Assembly (NCBI GenBank): GCA_013115125.1
Contig: JABANN010000322.1
Coordinates: 1 to 39,511 of the forward strand
Direction of reading: 5' to 3'
Source of the DNA: Perkinsus olseni
Lineage: Eukaryota
DNA: 39,511 nt
The notes under the pieces were generated by a model, which searched no databases, had not been told where the DNA came from, and saw nothing but the letters and a program-made list of their open reading frames with translations. Below, in pieces: positions 9,870-21,354 of this stretch. The position numbers and the translations under genes were made by a program. Position 1 is the stretch's first letter, and each line of letters opens with the position of its first letter.

Positions 9870-11180
9870 TCAGGATGTTGTTACTAATGAGAAAATGATA
9901 CCCGACAGACAGGTAGGGTAAAGAGCACAGCTCACTACGAAGAGGACAGCTGCGCCCCACCACGTCACATTCGTGGCCTTCTCGACGGCCTCCCCAGCGA
10001 GATCACCACCGGCCAGCGTCCATGTTCTCTCTGTGGCCCGACTGAAGATTTTGAGGTAAAGGTAGGAAGGGGCAACAAAGGTCATGGTGTCAGCTCCTAG
10101 GAGGCCAATAAGGGCCATAGTGCTGCCCAGGGAATCTATGGTAGAGGCCAATACTAACGTTATCAGCATGAAACCAATAGTAGTAACAATATGGACCGTT
10201 CTAGTATCCTTCCAATCTGGTCGTATCATACCAATAAGGTTGATCATGGAAGCACGGGCTGGTAGGAGTAGCAAAGGGTAGGCGGAGAGAATTGCACAAG
10301 GCAAGATGACATGACCAATATGCACCGCAACGTTTTCGATCGATAAATTTTCATAGAAATTTTCCTTCACTTCGCCGCTGAGTATAGCGTAAGGGACGCA
10401 CATAGCTGGGATGAATAGCATCATCGTGAAGCCTATGGTTAGAAAGGCGACCAAGTTGAGCCTTTGAACGCTTCTTTCGCGTAGGTCCTGAGCAACAAGA
10501 AACGCATTGAAGTGGCCAGCAAAGGCAAATATGAAGACCGGAAGAACACCCAGTACTCTCAGGCCGCCACCGGTAGGCCATAGCGAGTGACTCGTCTGTG
10601 ATTCGACGTGTAGGATAACATAAGATACGCCCGCACCAACGACATAGATGAAGCCCAGGATGCCAGCCAGGTTAGCGACAGTTGTACCCGTTATGTGTCT
10701 CATAAGGCAGATAGGTAGAAGTAGAAGTAGGACCACTGAGAGGACTATGAATCGATACCCAGCACCACTGTAGGCAAGCGAGCCCGAGCTCCAATGGTCC
10801 AGGAGAAGGCCTATCAGGGTTGATGACACTTGCAAGTAGACCACATTAAAGCCTAGATTGTTGAGTATGAGGATACAGTCAATAACCCATCTTAAATGAG
10901 GCAGCCCTGCAGCATCACAGGCCGCGAAGAAGCTCAACTCAGAATCGGGCAACCTCATACAGATGGCGTTGAGGAGCATCAGAGAGAAGAGGGCGAGTGC
11001 TCCGAAGATCGTGAACATCGCCATCCCTAGGGCCCAGCCACAGGTACTCAGGGCGCTGGCCATGCTGAGTAAACCGGTGTCGATGATCGTGTTGGTGAGA
11101 GCTGCCCAACTGGTGAGGATGGTACCTGTAGGCCTTTCATGACTCACGGATAGTGTCATTACTATAAGCCTGTTCGCCAT
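9870..11180 (-). CDS. Amino acid transporter (Aa_trans / AAAP, SLC38-like), intronless
   Basis: 436-aa ORF with ~11 hydrophobic segments; motifs LTNTIIDTGLLSM, PVFIFAFAGHFN, YPLLLLPAR, LIGLLG...FVAP. Confidence 0.92.
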   Translation of the reverse strand: MANRLIVMTLSVSHERPTGTILTSWAALTNTIIDTGLLSMASALSTCGWALGMAMFTIFGALALFSLMLLNAICMRLPDSELSFFAACDAAGLPHLRWVIDCILILNNLGFNVVYLQVSSTLIGLLLDHWSSGSLAYSGAGYRFIVLSVVLLLLLPICLMRHITGTTVANLAGILGFIYVVGAGVSYVILHVESQTSHSLWPTGGGLRVLGVLPVFIFAFAGHFNAFLVAQDLRERSVQRLNLVAFLTIGFTMMLFIPAMCVPYAILSGEVKENFYENLSIENVAVHIGHVILPCAILSAYPLLLLPARASMINLIGMIRPDWKDTRTVHIVTTIGFMLITLVLASTIDSLGSTMALIGLLGADTMTFVAPSYLYLKIFSRATERTWTLAGGDLAGEAVEKATNVTWWGAAVLFVVSCALYPTCLSGIIFSLVTTS

Positions 11181-11324
11181 ACCACACCTTCGTCAATTCA
11201 TCCCCACCCTCGACGCAACAATCAAATGCCAACCAGAGGAAAATATTTAACTTTTGTGCATCCCCTGTTTACCACCAGCACCACCGCCAGTAGTATCTCT
11301 TCTCCTATACGTTAACTCAGCTTC

Positions 11325-12095
11325 TCATACGGGCTTGATTCTGAAGTGCAGGCCGATCAACGAAAACACGAAGCACTTCAAGTCCTGAACAACAACAGCA
11401 ACAATCACATCAGCTCCTGCTAGCACCAAGGTCAATAGTACCTGGACGAGGTAGTAGAAGGTCTTGAGTCCATCAGGATCCTTCGAGTTGGCCACGTCGT
11501 GCATTGAGCCGATCTTGCTGGTAGTGAAGGACAGGTGTATCTGACAATAGCGGCGACTGCCATCACTCAGCGAGTCCGCAACAACGCTACAGCTTCCTTT
11601 CCAGCTCCACCCCCCAAGATGATCTCCAGCTCCTGACGGCCGATCTGAGAGGACAGGACGACCATTAGAGGTGAGGGCGGCTGTTGGCGATGAGTACCTT
11701 ATCGGGCACCGGCCATAGGTTGTCATCCTCCTTGGCTATTTTACTATCATCAACAATACGTCGGAGCTCCTGAGCGGTTAACATCGTGAAAGTAGCATAA
11801 AATTAAAGAGGGGAGGCTCACGCTGAGGACCGCCTGGCTGACGTAGGCCTCTTTTCGGATCATCGAATCCTGTTTGTAGTTCGAGTTGTTGGCGTAACGG
11901 AGACGTCCGTCGGGACGAAACTCAAACTCTAGGAACTCATGGCCGAATTTTCCTAATCATAAGCGACCCCTTTGACGCCACCTTGACCCCGCTAGTACTA
12001 CCCTTATGGCCGACATAATATCGGACGTAGAAGTCATTGTCGGCCATGGCGGTGGAGCCCTGCTGCTGCTGCTGCTGCTGCTGGGAGGTGTCCAT
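11325..12095 (-). CDS. mago: Mago nashi (exon junction complex core), multi-exon
   Basis: [12 protein letters not shown] / [38 protein letters not shown] / ...[33 protein letters not shown] / [19 protein letters not shown]. The start is either 12095 (with polyQ) or the downstream MADND. Confidence 0.97.
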
Positions 12096-12528
12096 TATTA
12101 TGGTAATAATAAGACACAAGGCTGATGGTAGACTATTATGAGCGCAAGCTATCCATAGTGTATCCTAGGAGTCCCGTCACTGCGCCACGAAATTCCCTGT
12201 GGAGGTGCCCTCTGAAGGCTTTCCCTGCGAGGTGGTGGAGAGGGCAAGGCGGGAGAGGCGTAAGGAGGGGCACCTGTGAGCTGCTAATCGATTAGGGATT
12301 GCCTTGAAGTGAAGGGGGAAATGCCGCCGACCCTTGAGACGTGCCAAACTCAAACGAGGTTGATGGTGGGTTGGCAGAGGGCCTGTAAGGACGGAGAAAG
12401 GGGCGGAGGTGAAGGACGTGCTGCGAAGAGGACTGGAAAAAAACGGAATTTTGAGGAAATACAAGAGTAAGCAAGATGGCAAGATTTAGTGAGGAGTTCT
12501 CGCTTTGAGAGAGCATCGTGCGTTGATT

Positions 12529-13789
12529 ATGAATCTCCAATATCCTGACGGGACTGCGTTGAAGAGCTCATCGGTACCTCCTTCTCGGCAGCAGGTTGCC
12601 AGTGTGCCGCAGCGGCCGGCAACAACAGGGGTAGTAAGAGGGGTGACACGAAGGGGAGGGAAGCTAACAGAAGCGTCACGTGCTAGGATAGAACCGGGTA
12701 CCTTTCAGGTTGTAGACATGGGAGAGTACCAGGAGGGCAGGGATGCCCAGGAATGGCTGGAAAAAGGCTATCGGCGTGTTCGGGTGTTCCATCACCATCA
12801 TCATTACCACGTCCTCGTCAAGAAGCCCGTTGCCACCCCACCTCGCGATCGGCATCTTCGCTCTCCTTCGACCTCTCCGACCCCTCCCTCAGTAGACCCC
12901 TGCATGGCTCTTCGTCAAACCAGCCATATTGTCTCAGTTGACCCTACCCTCCCTCTCCGGCCAAGAGACCGTGGCAGCTTTACTGCGCAAAGGCGGACGA
13001 ATGGTGTATCGAAGCCAGCGTAAGGTAGTCCAATGGTCATCCGCTGTGCCACTACTCCTTCTCCTACTAGTTACCAGTCGGTTGAGGGCCCCTCTCAGCC
13101 TTGCTCGATGTCCATGCCCGGTGCCACGTGGATTAATCTAGGCTCGAGTATTGCGTTGGCTAAGTGCCTCAGATATCCTCCTACCCTTCAGTTGTTCTTG
13201 TAGCTTTCCTATAGGATGTCCTCTTGTACCACAGACAGGCCGTATCGGTGAGAAAAGAACCGGCATTCCCTTCCTTTGACCATGGTCGTCCTTTTGCAGG
13301 TTCCTGCTCCCCTTCCATCATCGGGCAGGTGTGTTCCACCTGCCAGGGCCGGGCGACGCTACCAAGGGGGTCGATGAGCCTGTGGAGGAGGTACCACGGA
13401 GGGGCACCAGCACAGAGCCTACCGAGGCCTCCACCCCGGGGTGCATCATCTGCTGCGGTCGGTATTGCGGGACCACAGCAGAGATGTGCCCGCAGTGTGA
13501 AGGGGCGGTCGCAGGCCTGGACTCGGTGGCCAGCGAGTGTGGCGCATCCAGAGGGGGTGTCTGCTCCCTTTGCATGGGGCCAGGGACACCTGGCACGTCG
13601 ATATGCGGTGCTTGTGAGAGTGCAGCCATGGAGGCGACGGAGCAGACTGACAGGACACAGCTGGCTAGGAGAATCAACTTCGAAGGAGTGGGTGAGTCAG
13701 ATGCGACGAGTAAGATAGGCTCAATACCGCCGGCCCCTCCGACCCCATCTCGCACAGCTGTTGTCTTCACGTTGAGGCCAATGCCATGA
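12529..13789 (+). CDS. Hypothetical spliced protein with His tract and C-terminal CxxC pairs; gene structure uncertain
   Basis: ORF 12505-13023 (FHHHHHYH, Pro/Ser-rich) and ORF 13331-13789 (CIIC..CPQC, CSLC..CGAC) are on the same strand, with intron-like GTGAG...TTTTGCAG at ~13248-13299 between them. Confidence 0.4.
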
Positions 13790-13934
13790 TACGCTGCTTG
13801 CTAACTCGACCGTCTGTGCTAGGCATGTTCCGGGTTTCTCGTTTTTATTATCATCACTGGCTTGAGTTCGGCGGTGAGAGCTTACGCGTATGGAGTAGCT
13901 TTTGTTGTTGTTGTTGTTGTCGCTGTTAGTCTCT

Positions 13935-16900
13935 ATGTCGGATAGTGACAGCAGGCTCTCAACCACCAGTTGGGACGTCGACCCTTCCTCCCTTCCACCG
14001 GGCATCACTCCCGAGTTCGGCCCCTTGGCTGACCCCAAGCGGTATATGATAGGTCGAGAAATTGGCGCTGGTGCCACGGCCCGCGTCTTCAAGTGCAAAC
14101 GACAGAAGGACGGGAGAGTTTTTGCTGTGAAGTGTCTCTTCGTGCAGCGGGCTCGTCTTTCTGAGGAGTTCGACCGGGAGCTAGATGCCCTCCATAAGGA
14201 AATCGGCATCCTCTCCCGGCTGAAGCATCGGAACATCGTGGCCCTGTTCGATGTAGTGGAGACCCAGGCGGCAGTTTACATTGTGATGGAGTACGTCGGT
14301 GGTGGCGAGCTCTTCGACTATGTCGTTGACAACGAGAATTTCAATAACGAGAACGTCATTCGCTTCGTCTTCTGCCAAGTCGTGGATGCCCTTCTGTACC
14401 TGCACGTGAATGGTGTAATACATCGAGATTTGAAGCCTGAGAATATCCTGGTCTCTAGTATGGCCACCAGCTGTCCCTCTGGTTACGAGGAAGTCCCTGG
14501 AGACATGCCAGCCTACCCGATTGTCAAACTCGCTGATTTCGGCCTGTCGAAGGCTGTGCAAAATGCATCCAGTCTGGCCATGACGTGGGTTGGTACTCCC
14601 CAGTACTGGGCACCAGAGGTCATCAAAGCCCAGGAGGACAAGGTTGGATACGATGGCCGAGCGGACAACTGGAGTCTTGGCGTCCTACTCTATGTCATGC
14701 TAGGTAGTATCAGCGGTCGCGGGGATTCACCATCGGATCATTCACGGTAGTTTTCTTTGCTCGGGGGGGAGATCATCGCGGGGCTGGCGTGGAGTGCGTA
14801 GTGTGATGGCGCTCGAGTTTGCTGCATCAGCAAAATGCTCGTCTTCATCATTCTCTGGCTTCCGGGAATTAGATGCTGCCCGTGTCGCGCCGCTCATTTC
14901 CCTGCTCGAGAGGGGAGATCGTCATGGGCCTGAAACATACCCCCCAAAGTGTCTAGTCTTACGGTGCTCGGGTTCACTGCATCAGGGAGAAGCTTGTCTT
15001 TATTGTTTTATGGTTTCCGCCAATCAGTATTGTGGATGCTCGCTTTCCGTGTGTCTCAGGTAAACGGTACCCCTTCACGGGTCAGCACATGAACGACCAG
15101 ATCCGAGTAGGGCAGTTCAAGTTCCGCAAGATGGACCACGTCAGCGCTGAAGCTAAGGACTTGGTCTCGCGGTTGATTGTGGTCAACCCCAACGATCGCA
15201 TATCACTTGAGGACGCCCTCGGCCATCCCTGGCTGAAGAACTTCCCTCCCGCCCAGGCCCTGCAGCAGATCTGGGTCCCCGAGTCTCGAGTGCCCCAGCT
15301 CATTGAGCTCTACTCCACCCTCACCGCACGGGCCATAGGCTACGAACCGGCCGCCCCGGTAACGAAGACGTCTACCGTGCTAAAACCGACCAGCATAGCG
15401 GAGGCGCCCAGCCCATTGGCCAGCTTCCACGAGCCTGGGGAGGACTCGCCAATGACGATTGATGATGATGACTATTCTCCTATTGAAGGGGTGCAAGTTG
15501 AGCATTTGAACTCCCATAAGCCTATCGAGTCTGGTGATGTCACTCGGAAGCCCTCCCGGCAGGAGGAGCACCATCATCAGCACGCTTCCTGGGCGGTGCA
15601 GAATCGAAGCGGATCTCGGTCGCCGGTGTCTGATGCAGCCAACAGGGTTGTCGTACCAAACTTGGCGGCGAACCTCGGCAAGAAGGCGGCCCAAGATTTC
15701 CGTCTCGACGAGCTGTGCACAGCCCAGCTGAATATTCTCAAGATTTTCCAGCAGATCTACATTCACTTTCGGCATCATCCTGTGGTCGCCCAACTCGTCC
15801 AGGCTATGATTTTCGAGGCCCGTGAACTTCAAACCCAAACTACGGTAATGCTCAGTCGCTGTGGTGACATCGCTGAGGTCGTTCGGAAGGATCTCTCTGA
15901 TATGGTCCTGTTTGCCGAGGAAGGCATGCCGGACGAAGCGATGGCTGGTCTGGATTCGGTGAAGGCGAAGTTGCAGGGCATGTCTACGAGCTCGGAGGAG
16001 CTCCACGCCCATTATGTGGAGTTCGAAGGGAAGGTGCAGAAGATCATAGTGGGTCTGCCAACTACGGTGGTTGGGGTACCACCAGCACAACAACGCGAGA
16101 TCACAGCCAAGGCCATTCTGGATGCCAAAGAGGTTATCGACTCCGACGTTAAGATGTCCACGGATGGACCTAAGATATCCTTCGTAGAGACCACTTCCAG
16201 TGCTAATGGTAGTAGTGTGGGTGGTGGTGGTGGTGGTGACAGTGCCACTAAGAGGACCGTGAGTCGACGGTCTAAGCGGGCTAACGAGCGGTTGGATTCC
16301 CTGCTGGATAGACTGCGCAACCTCCCCCCAGATGAGAAGGTTATATCCACTGCGGATGGAAAGGGTGATGCCATCGACCCCGAGGCGGCGGAGCTTCTGG
16401 ATCTACCATTCCTGGCGGCTGGCTATGTTGGTGGATATTCTCAAGAGCATAAGAAGCCAGGGGCGAGCTCGGATGAATCTGCTGAGGTTTCGGATAAGGA
16501 ACTTGATTCGCCACGGGGGACGGCATGGGCCACTCCCGAGAGGGCGTCGAAGAAGTCGGGTGAAGACGAGTCGAAGAGTTCGGGGAAGGGTCCGGTCAAC
16601 GGCAGCTCGGAAGCGACAGGCCAGCTCGCTGTGGCTCGCAAGCAGCCGAATGGTGCCCCGGACCCCACAGCAGCGCTAATCGCTGATTCCATGCGCAAGC
16701 TGAGAAGAATCGATCAGATCCTGCACAAAGTGACGGTGTTCTGGCAGGGAGTTGATCAGTCTGTGGCGAAGCTGTCTGATATGAGAGAGAACGCGGCCAG
16801 GCTTTTGGCTGGGACGACTAAGTCGGCCCGGATTTTGGCGGTTTTTAGGGACAGGGCTCGGGAATATGATGAGTTTTGGAAGACCTATGAGGACGTCTGC

Positions 16901-17134
16901 AAGCAGTACGCTGATGCTTCAACGCGTCAAATGCAGGCTTACTTGGAGGACATGAACTTGGTCTATGCGCAAGTCGATGATTTTGATTTGAAAAGTGCCG
17001 CTGCCGCTGCTGCTGGCGGTGCTCGAGACGGGGACGCTTCGCCCCCGCCGGCTCCAAGCTTGGTTGCTCGACAAGGGTCAGCAGCTTCCATGCGACTCGC
17101 CCTGGCTGATGCCACTGGTGCTGGTAGTCGGTGA
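13935..17134 (+). CDS. CAMK-group (CHK2/DCLK-like) Ser/Thr protein kinase with long C-terminal extension; exons 13935-14703 and 15060-17134
   Basis: GAGATARV, FAVK, MEYVGGGELF, IHRDLKPENIL, KLADFGLSK, VGTPQYWAPE, DNWSLGVLLYVML|GKRYPF...AKDLVSRLIVVNPNDRISLEDALGHPW. Removing GT-AG intron 14704-15059 restores the frame. Confidence 0.95.
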
Positions 17135-17863
17135 TGATGATGATGAGGATGAGGATGCTTTGGACGGCTCGCTGTTTCGATAGTTGACGATAATGTGCGA
17201 TGATGAAACTATCTCGAGTAGTGATACTTCTGGCCCTATACAATTTCCACTTCTTGGGTATCGTTCGGGGAGTTGTGTTGTGAGTCGGTGTTGCCAGTGG
17301 GAAGAGGACAGCCATTTCGGTAAATCACGGAGAACCCACTGAGGAGCCAGAGGGTACTAACTGCTCTAAAATTCACCCTTAGTTCGGCTTCGACTCGACC
17401 ATAGCGTCGAGGTGCAGCTTGTGGATTCGCGTGCTCTATGAAAGCTGTCCATCAGCTGTCACTTGAGCAGCCATTGAGCTGTCCTGCTACTTAGGAGTAT
17501 AATCAAGTGGAAGGGCTTAGTATCATGCGATAGTCGCGAGAGTCTTTTTGAAGACCGGCTGCGGAGTCGTCGCCAGGACGATCCTTGAAAGTACCGTGGC
17601 AAAGCAAAATCCTCTACCTCAGTTTTTGAATGGCAGTGCTCCCGCGGGACAAGTCTGGGATGAGCGGCCTTGACTGAGCCGTTTCGACTCGGTCGTTTCG
17701 CTCTTCACAGAAACTGCCGATCCGTTTCTGTCGACATGAAACCGTAACGTTCACAGCTTTGAGCAGTTAATTAGCATGAAGCGGACTCTGACTCGGGACC
17801 ACAGCTGTATGCGCAGCAACTGTCTTCACCGACGATTCTTTAGTTCACTTCGCTTCCAAAATC

Positions 17864-19015
17864 ATGCCTTCTGCGGTATCTGCCGTCTCCTTAGCTCTCA
17901 CAGGCTTCCTACTCCTGCACGAGGCGGCTGGCGATAAACTGAAGCGCCCCGATAAGGATAAGAAGAAATGTGAGCTGACGGGAAGCCGATCGTATCAGTT
18001 CATCTCGCCGATCGGACTTCTTTTGCACCTTCAGGGGAGCCGAAGGTCTTCGCCGCATCGAAGAATGTGAACTACAACCTCTACGCCAACGGGAGGGGTT
18101 GGGTCAAGTCAAACGGCAAATCCGATTGTGATGGTAAATGGAAGGACGCTGAGACGTACGGCGCCCGGAAGAAGAAAATCAAACAGTAAGTTCACTCCAG
18201 GCCTCTTCCCATTCAGCCAATCCGTGGATTTCGCTTTCAGATTTTGTATCCGTTTGCACGAGAAGCATCAAGACGATAGAGGATATACTGATGCACCCAA
18301 AAGATATGGTCAGTCGACACCCCTCCTGCTACAGGGAGTTGATTTGTTGCGATCGATCTGTCAGATTGCCGACTTGATCCGAATGATAATGGAAATGACC
18401 ACGGCCGTAAAAACCGTGACTGGCTGTAGGCGAAGCTTCCCTGTTAAGAATTCGAGTATCCCTTTTTCAAATCACAGGTGTTACGAGAAGGAGATGGACT
18501 ATGTTTTGATGCCGCCCCATGGCCCCGGGCTCAACTCGACTTGTCCTTCGACCAACCCGTGGCTACAACGTGCTCTGTCGTGTAAGTCGAATACGCTGGC
18601 ATGATGCGCTCTCTTCTCCGGTTCGATCGGCAATTTGTCTTCCTCAGGGTATCCGCGTGATAGTCCACCCAAGTGGTGTGAATATAACTGGTTCGAGAAG
18701 AGGCAAGTCTGCTGGTGTATGCCCGGCTTCTATCGGGAATCACCGTATGACAAGTCGCTGTCTAAAAGGTGAAGTTCTCACGGCAGATTATTCTTTATCT
18801 CATTTATGTTTTCCTTCAGAGGTTGTCCAGACGAAGAGATATTCATCGTACCAAACTTCGTCAAGCGCACTGACCTCCGCAAACTTGAAGCGAACGACGG
18901 GTCTTCTGCACCAATGATTGATGGGACTTTGGTTGAGGAATCCTCTACTGAGGACTGTACCTGCCCATCAACGTCTGCTGCATTCGAAGACCTTTCCAAT
19001 CTCCGCGTCCGCTGA
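17864..19015 (+). CDS. Secreted Cys-rich protein, 268 aa, 7 exons (17864-17969, 18035-18185, 18241-18308, 18365-18425, 18478-18581, 18648-18768, 18820-19015)
   Basis: Six GT-AG introns give an 807-nt open frame: signal peptide MPSAVSAVSLALTGFLLLHEAAG, then ...KKKW EPKVFAASKNVNYNLYANGRGWVKSNGKSDCDGKW...FCIRLH...YDCRLDP...WLCYEKE...TCPSTNPWLQRALSWYPRDSPPKWCEYNWFEKRQVCWCMPGFYRE...GCPDEE...DCTCPS...NLRVR*; 11 Cys. Confidence 0.85.
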
Positions 19016-19246
19016 GACCGAAGTCTGGTTTTGGGATGAAGTCTTGACGATTATGAAAGTCGATAATTGATGATACGACCGGACACTGTTTACTATCAGT
19101 TTTGCCGCATATGGCAATGTTGATGTAGTCGTCCTTATAAACAACATGCCGCACTCCCTTTAACTGCGCATGTGAAGTCTGTGTGAAACTACGGAAGTTC
19201 TTAAAGGAATTGGTGTGTTGAGTTATTCGGACCCATTGGTTCATCG
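17869..19246 (+). repeat. Left arm of a large inverted repeat (~1.37 kb); partner is 21867-23238
   Basis: Identical ORF translations on opposite strands (18806-19015 + and 22099-22308 -; 18531-18743 - and 22371-22583 +). Nucleotide similarity runs from the signal-peptide codons to ~230 nt past the stop. Confidence 0.97.
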
Positions 19247-20766
19247 GGACAGGTAACATAAGCCTTTGACATTCATCATCACGATTGTAACATTTTCTTA
19301 CAGCCTCGTGAGAAATGAAACGCAGGAAATGTGTATCACATCTCAACGCGCCGAGATTTTTGCTCAGTTAGACTAGCGCCAATGCACCTTGGGATAATCG
19401 CTCGCGTTCCCGCTTTTGGGTCGATCCAAAGGATATTTCTAACCTATTACACCCAATTGACATGATACCGAGCGAATCTAAAGCTGATCGTAACACAGAT
19501 TCGGAAAGCACGTGTGGTTGGAGATACAGTTCGAGCCGGAGTCGTTACCTCACCCTGCTCGTCCCCTATTTTGTGTTTGGCACACAACTCTGCCGGTCTC
19601 ACCTAGCGGCAGGTGTCAGCCCATTGCAGGACCCTTGTGCCCGCCCTGGCCATTAGCTGTGGCAGTGTGCCCAACACACCGATTTTTGTCTTTCTTCCTC
19701 TTTCTTTGTACGGGGCAGGTTCAGCGTCCGATTCATTGATGTATATCGGCATAGTGCCCTGTCGTGCTCGGTCGGCGGTTGTATATGGATATTGCTGTAT
19801 ATCTGCTTAATCGAGCCGCTGAGTCAAGATGATAGCCCAATCCTGTGGTGTCTTGTGTTCGAGTCGAGTTTGGCACGCGAAGGCAATGAACTGTACAGCG
19901 TAACCCAACAGGGCGATCGCTCGCAATCTCTCAAACTTTGCATATCCTATGACGCTGGGCTCTATTTCGTCCTCCATATCACCCTCTCGTTAAAGCGAAG
20001 AGATTTATCCAACTTGTGCTTTCAGAGCCTGATAAATTCCCCCGTGGTTGTTTGGCAGTCAACAATACCTTGCTGAACAAGACCAGGAGAGACCTCAACG
20101 CAAAAAAGTACCACTTTGTTGAAAAACTTGTTGATAGTCGATTTGAAACGATTTAAGCAAATAATCATCAATAACTTCCAATACTACAACGGCCGACAAA
20201 ACAAAATTGTGAATGGGGAATATTCACTATTTCATACGGTTGATAGCGAGGGTCCGTTAAATAAACTCACCCATCGTTATCAAGATGCATGAGACAGATT
20301 CTATCACAAGAAAAACTGAGATGAATCGAAGTACATCTCGATGAAAACACTTGAAAAAAAGTGATGCGAACGAGCTCAGAATGTCTCGTGGGTGAGATAA
20401 CCCTGATGAGCAATACGCATTACTGAGACACTGGAAATGGTTCCTCGATAAGCGTATCACTAGGCGTCGAACACTCAAACCAAGCACAGCCCAGAAGTGT
20501 TACAGCAGCATGGTAGTAATACTCGCATGTCGAGGGTGCCAGCTCGGCAAATGAAGACGAGCGAAGAAGCTACGAATGAGACTGAAAATTCACGTACAGA
20601 TTGGCAGAGGTTTAGTGCCCTATGTTCTGCCGTCGCTCAAAGCTTTGGACGTGCAAGTGTCAAATAAGCTCGACGACGGACGGTTTGGGGTTGATTTATT
20701 AGCCGCCGGTCTTCGGTGCCCAACGGTTGAAAGGAATGCTGGAAAAGGAGATGGAGCGGATGCATT

Positions 20767-21354
20767 TCAAATCGCAACTGTGAAGTTGCGCAAGGGAACC
20801 GACAGTTCCTTCACCATAACGATGTCCGTGACAGGAAAGCCGAAGAGCTGCACATCTGAATTGACCGAGATCCGGATCTCAAAGGGATCTGTGAGGAGGT
20901 CTGGTCGAACGGATAGATGCCCATTAGTGAAGAGGTCGCCCTTGGAAACGAACTTGTTGATTGAACCTGCGTCCGCCAAGGTTAAAGCTGGGAAAACCAG
21001 ATGACCCAGAAACCACTGGCTTGGGCCGCTACTCACGTAGATAGCAGCAGGTGGCATTCTGACCTTAGCCGGAAATTGCATTCCGGACACTTCTAGAGTG
21101 GTCCGGCATTCGTAACAAGTGTACCCATCGCCGAAACCAACGCAGGGCACTTCCTTCCCCACGTGCAGTTCTCGTATTGACCATTTTGACTTTTCTATCA
21201 TCATCGTGGCGATGTAGGGAACCGCTATGAATTGGAGAAGAAATCTGGCAACAACCATCAGCGTGCAGATGAGCATGAAGAAAGGGGTTATCAGAAGACA
21301 CCACCACGAAGGAAATGGAGGTGGCTTCTCGTACGACGAGCTGACTGGTCGCAT
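20767..21354 (-). CDS. Hypothetical single-pass membrane protein (N-terminal TM plus beta-rich domain, possibly LEA_2/DUF3712-like)
   Basis: 195-aa intronless ORF. Hydrophobic stretch WWCLLITPFFMLICTLMVVARFLLQFIAVPYIA, then alternating beta-strand patterns (FLGHLVFPALTL; FEIRISVNSDVQLFG). The domain call is inference. Confidence 0.6.
   Translation of the reverse strand: MRPVSSSYEKPPPFPSWWCLLITPFFMLICTLMVVARFLLQFIAVPYIATMMIEKSKWSIRELHVGKEVPCVGFGDGYTCYECRTTLEVSGMQFPAKVRMPPAAIYVSSGPSQWFLGHLVFPALTLADAGSINKFVSKGDLFTNGHLSVRPDLLTDPFEIRISVNSDVQLFGFPVTDIVMVKELSVPLRNFTVAI

Noticed and set aside
15082..17315. Several long antisense ORFs over the kinase (also 26731-27399, 32990-33505, 1396-2040)
   Set aside because: Shadow ORFs of GC-rich coding or pseudogene sequence; no motifs of their own.
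18945..19346. ORF shared by both inverted arms (…HVVYKDDYINIAICGK…) as a separate gene
   Set aside because: It is antisense to the last exon and 3' flank, and its conservation is explained by arm identity; its 5' portions differ between the arms.
19360..19432. tRNA-like A-box and B-box hints (TGCTCAGTTAG...GGGTCGATCC)
   Set aside because: No acceptor or anticodon stem can be formed, and both boxes are mismatched.
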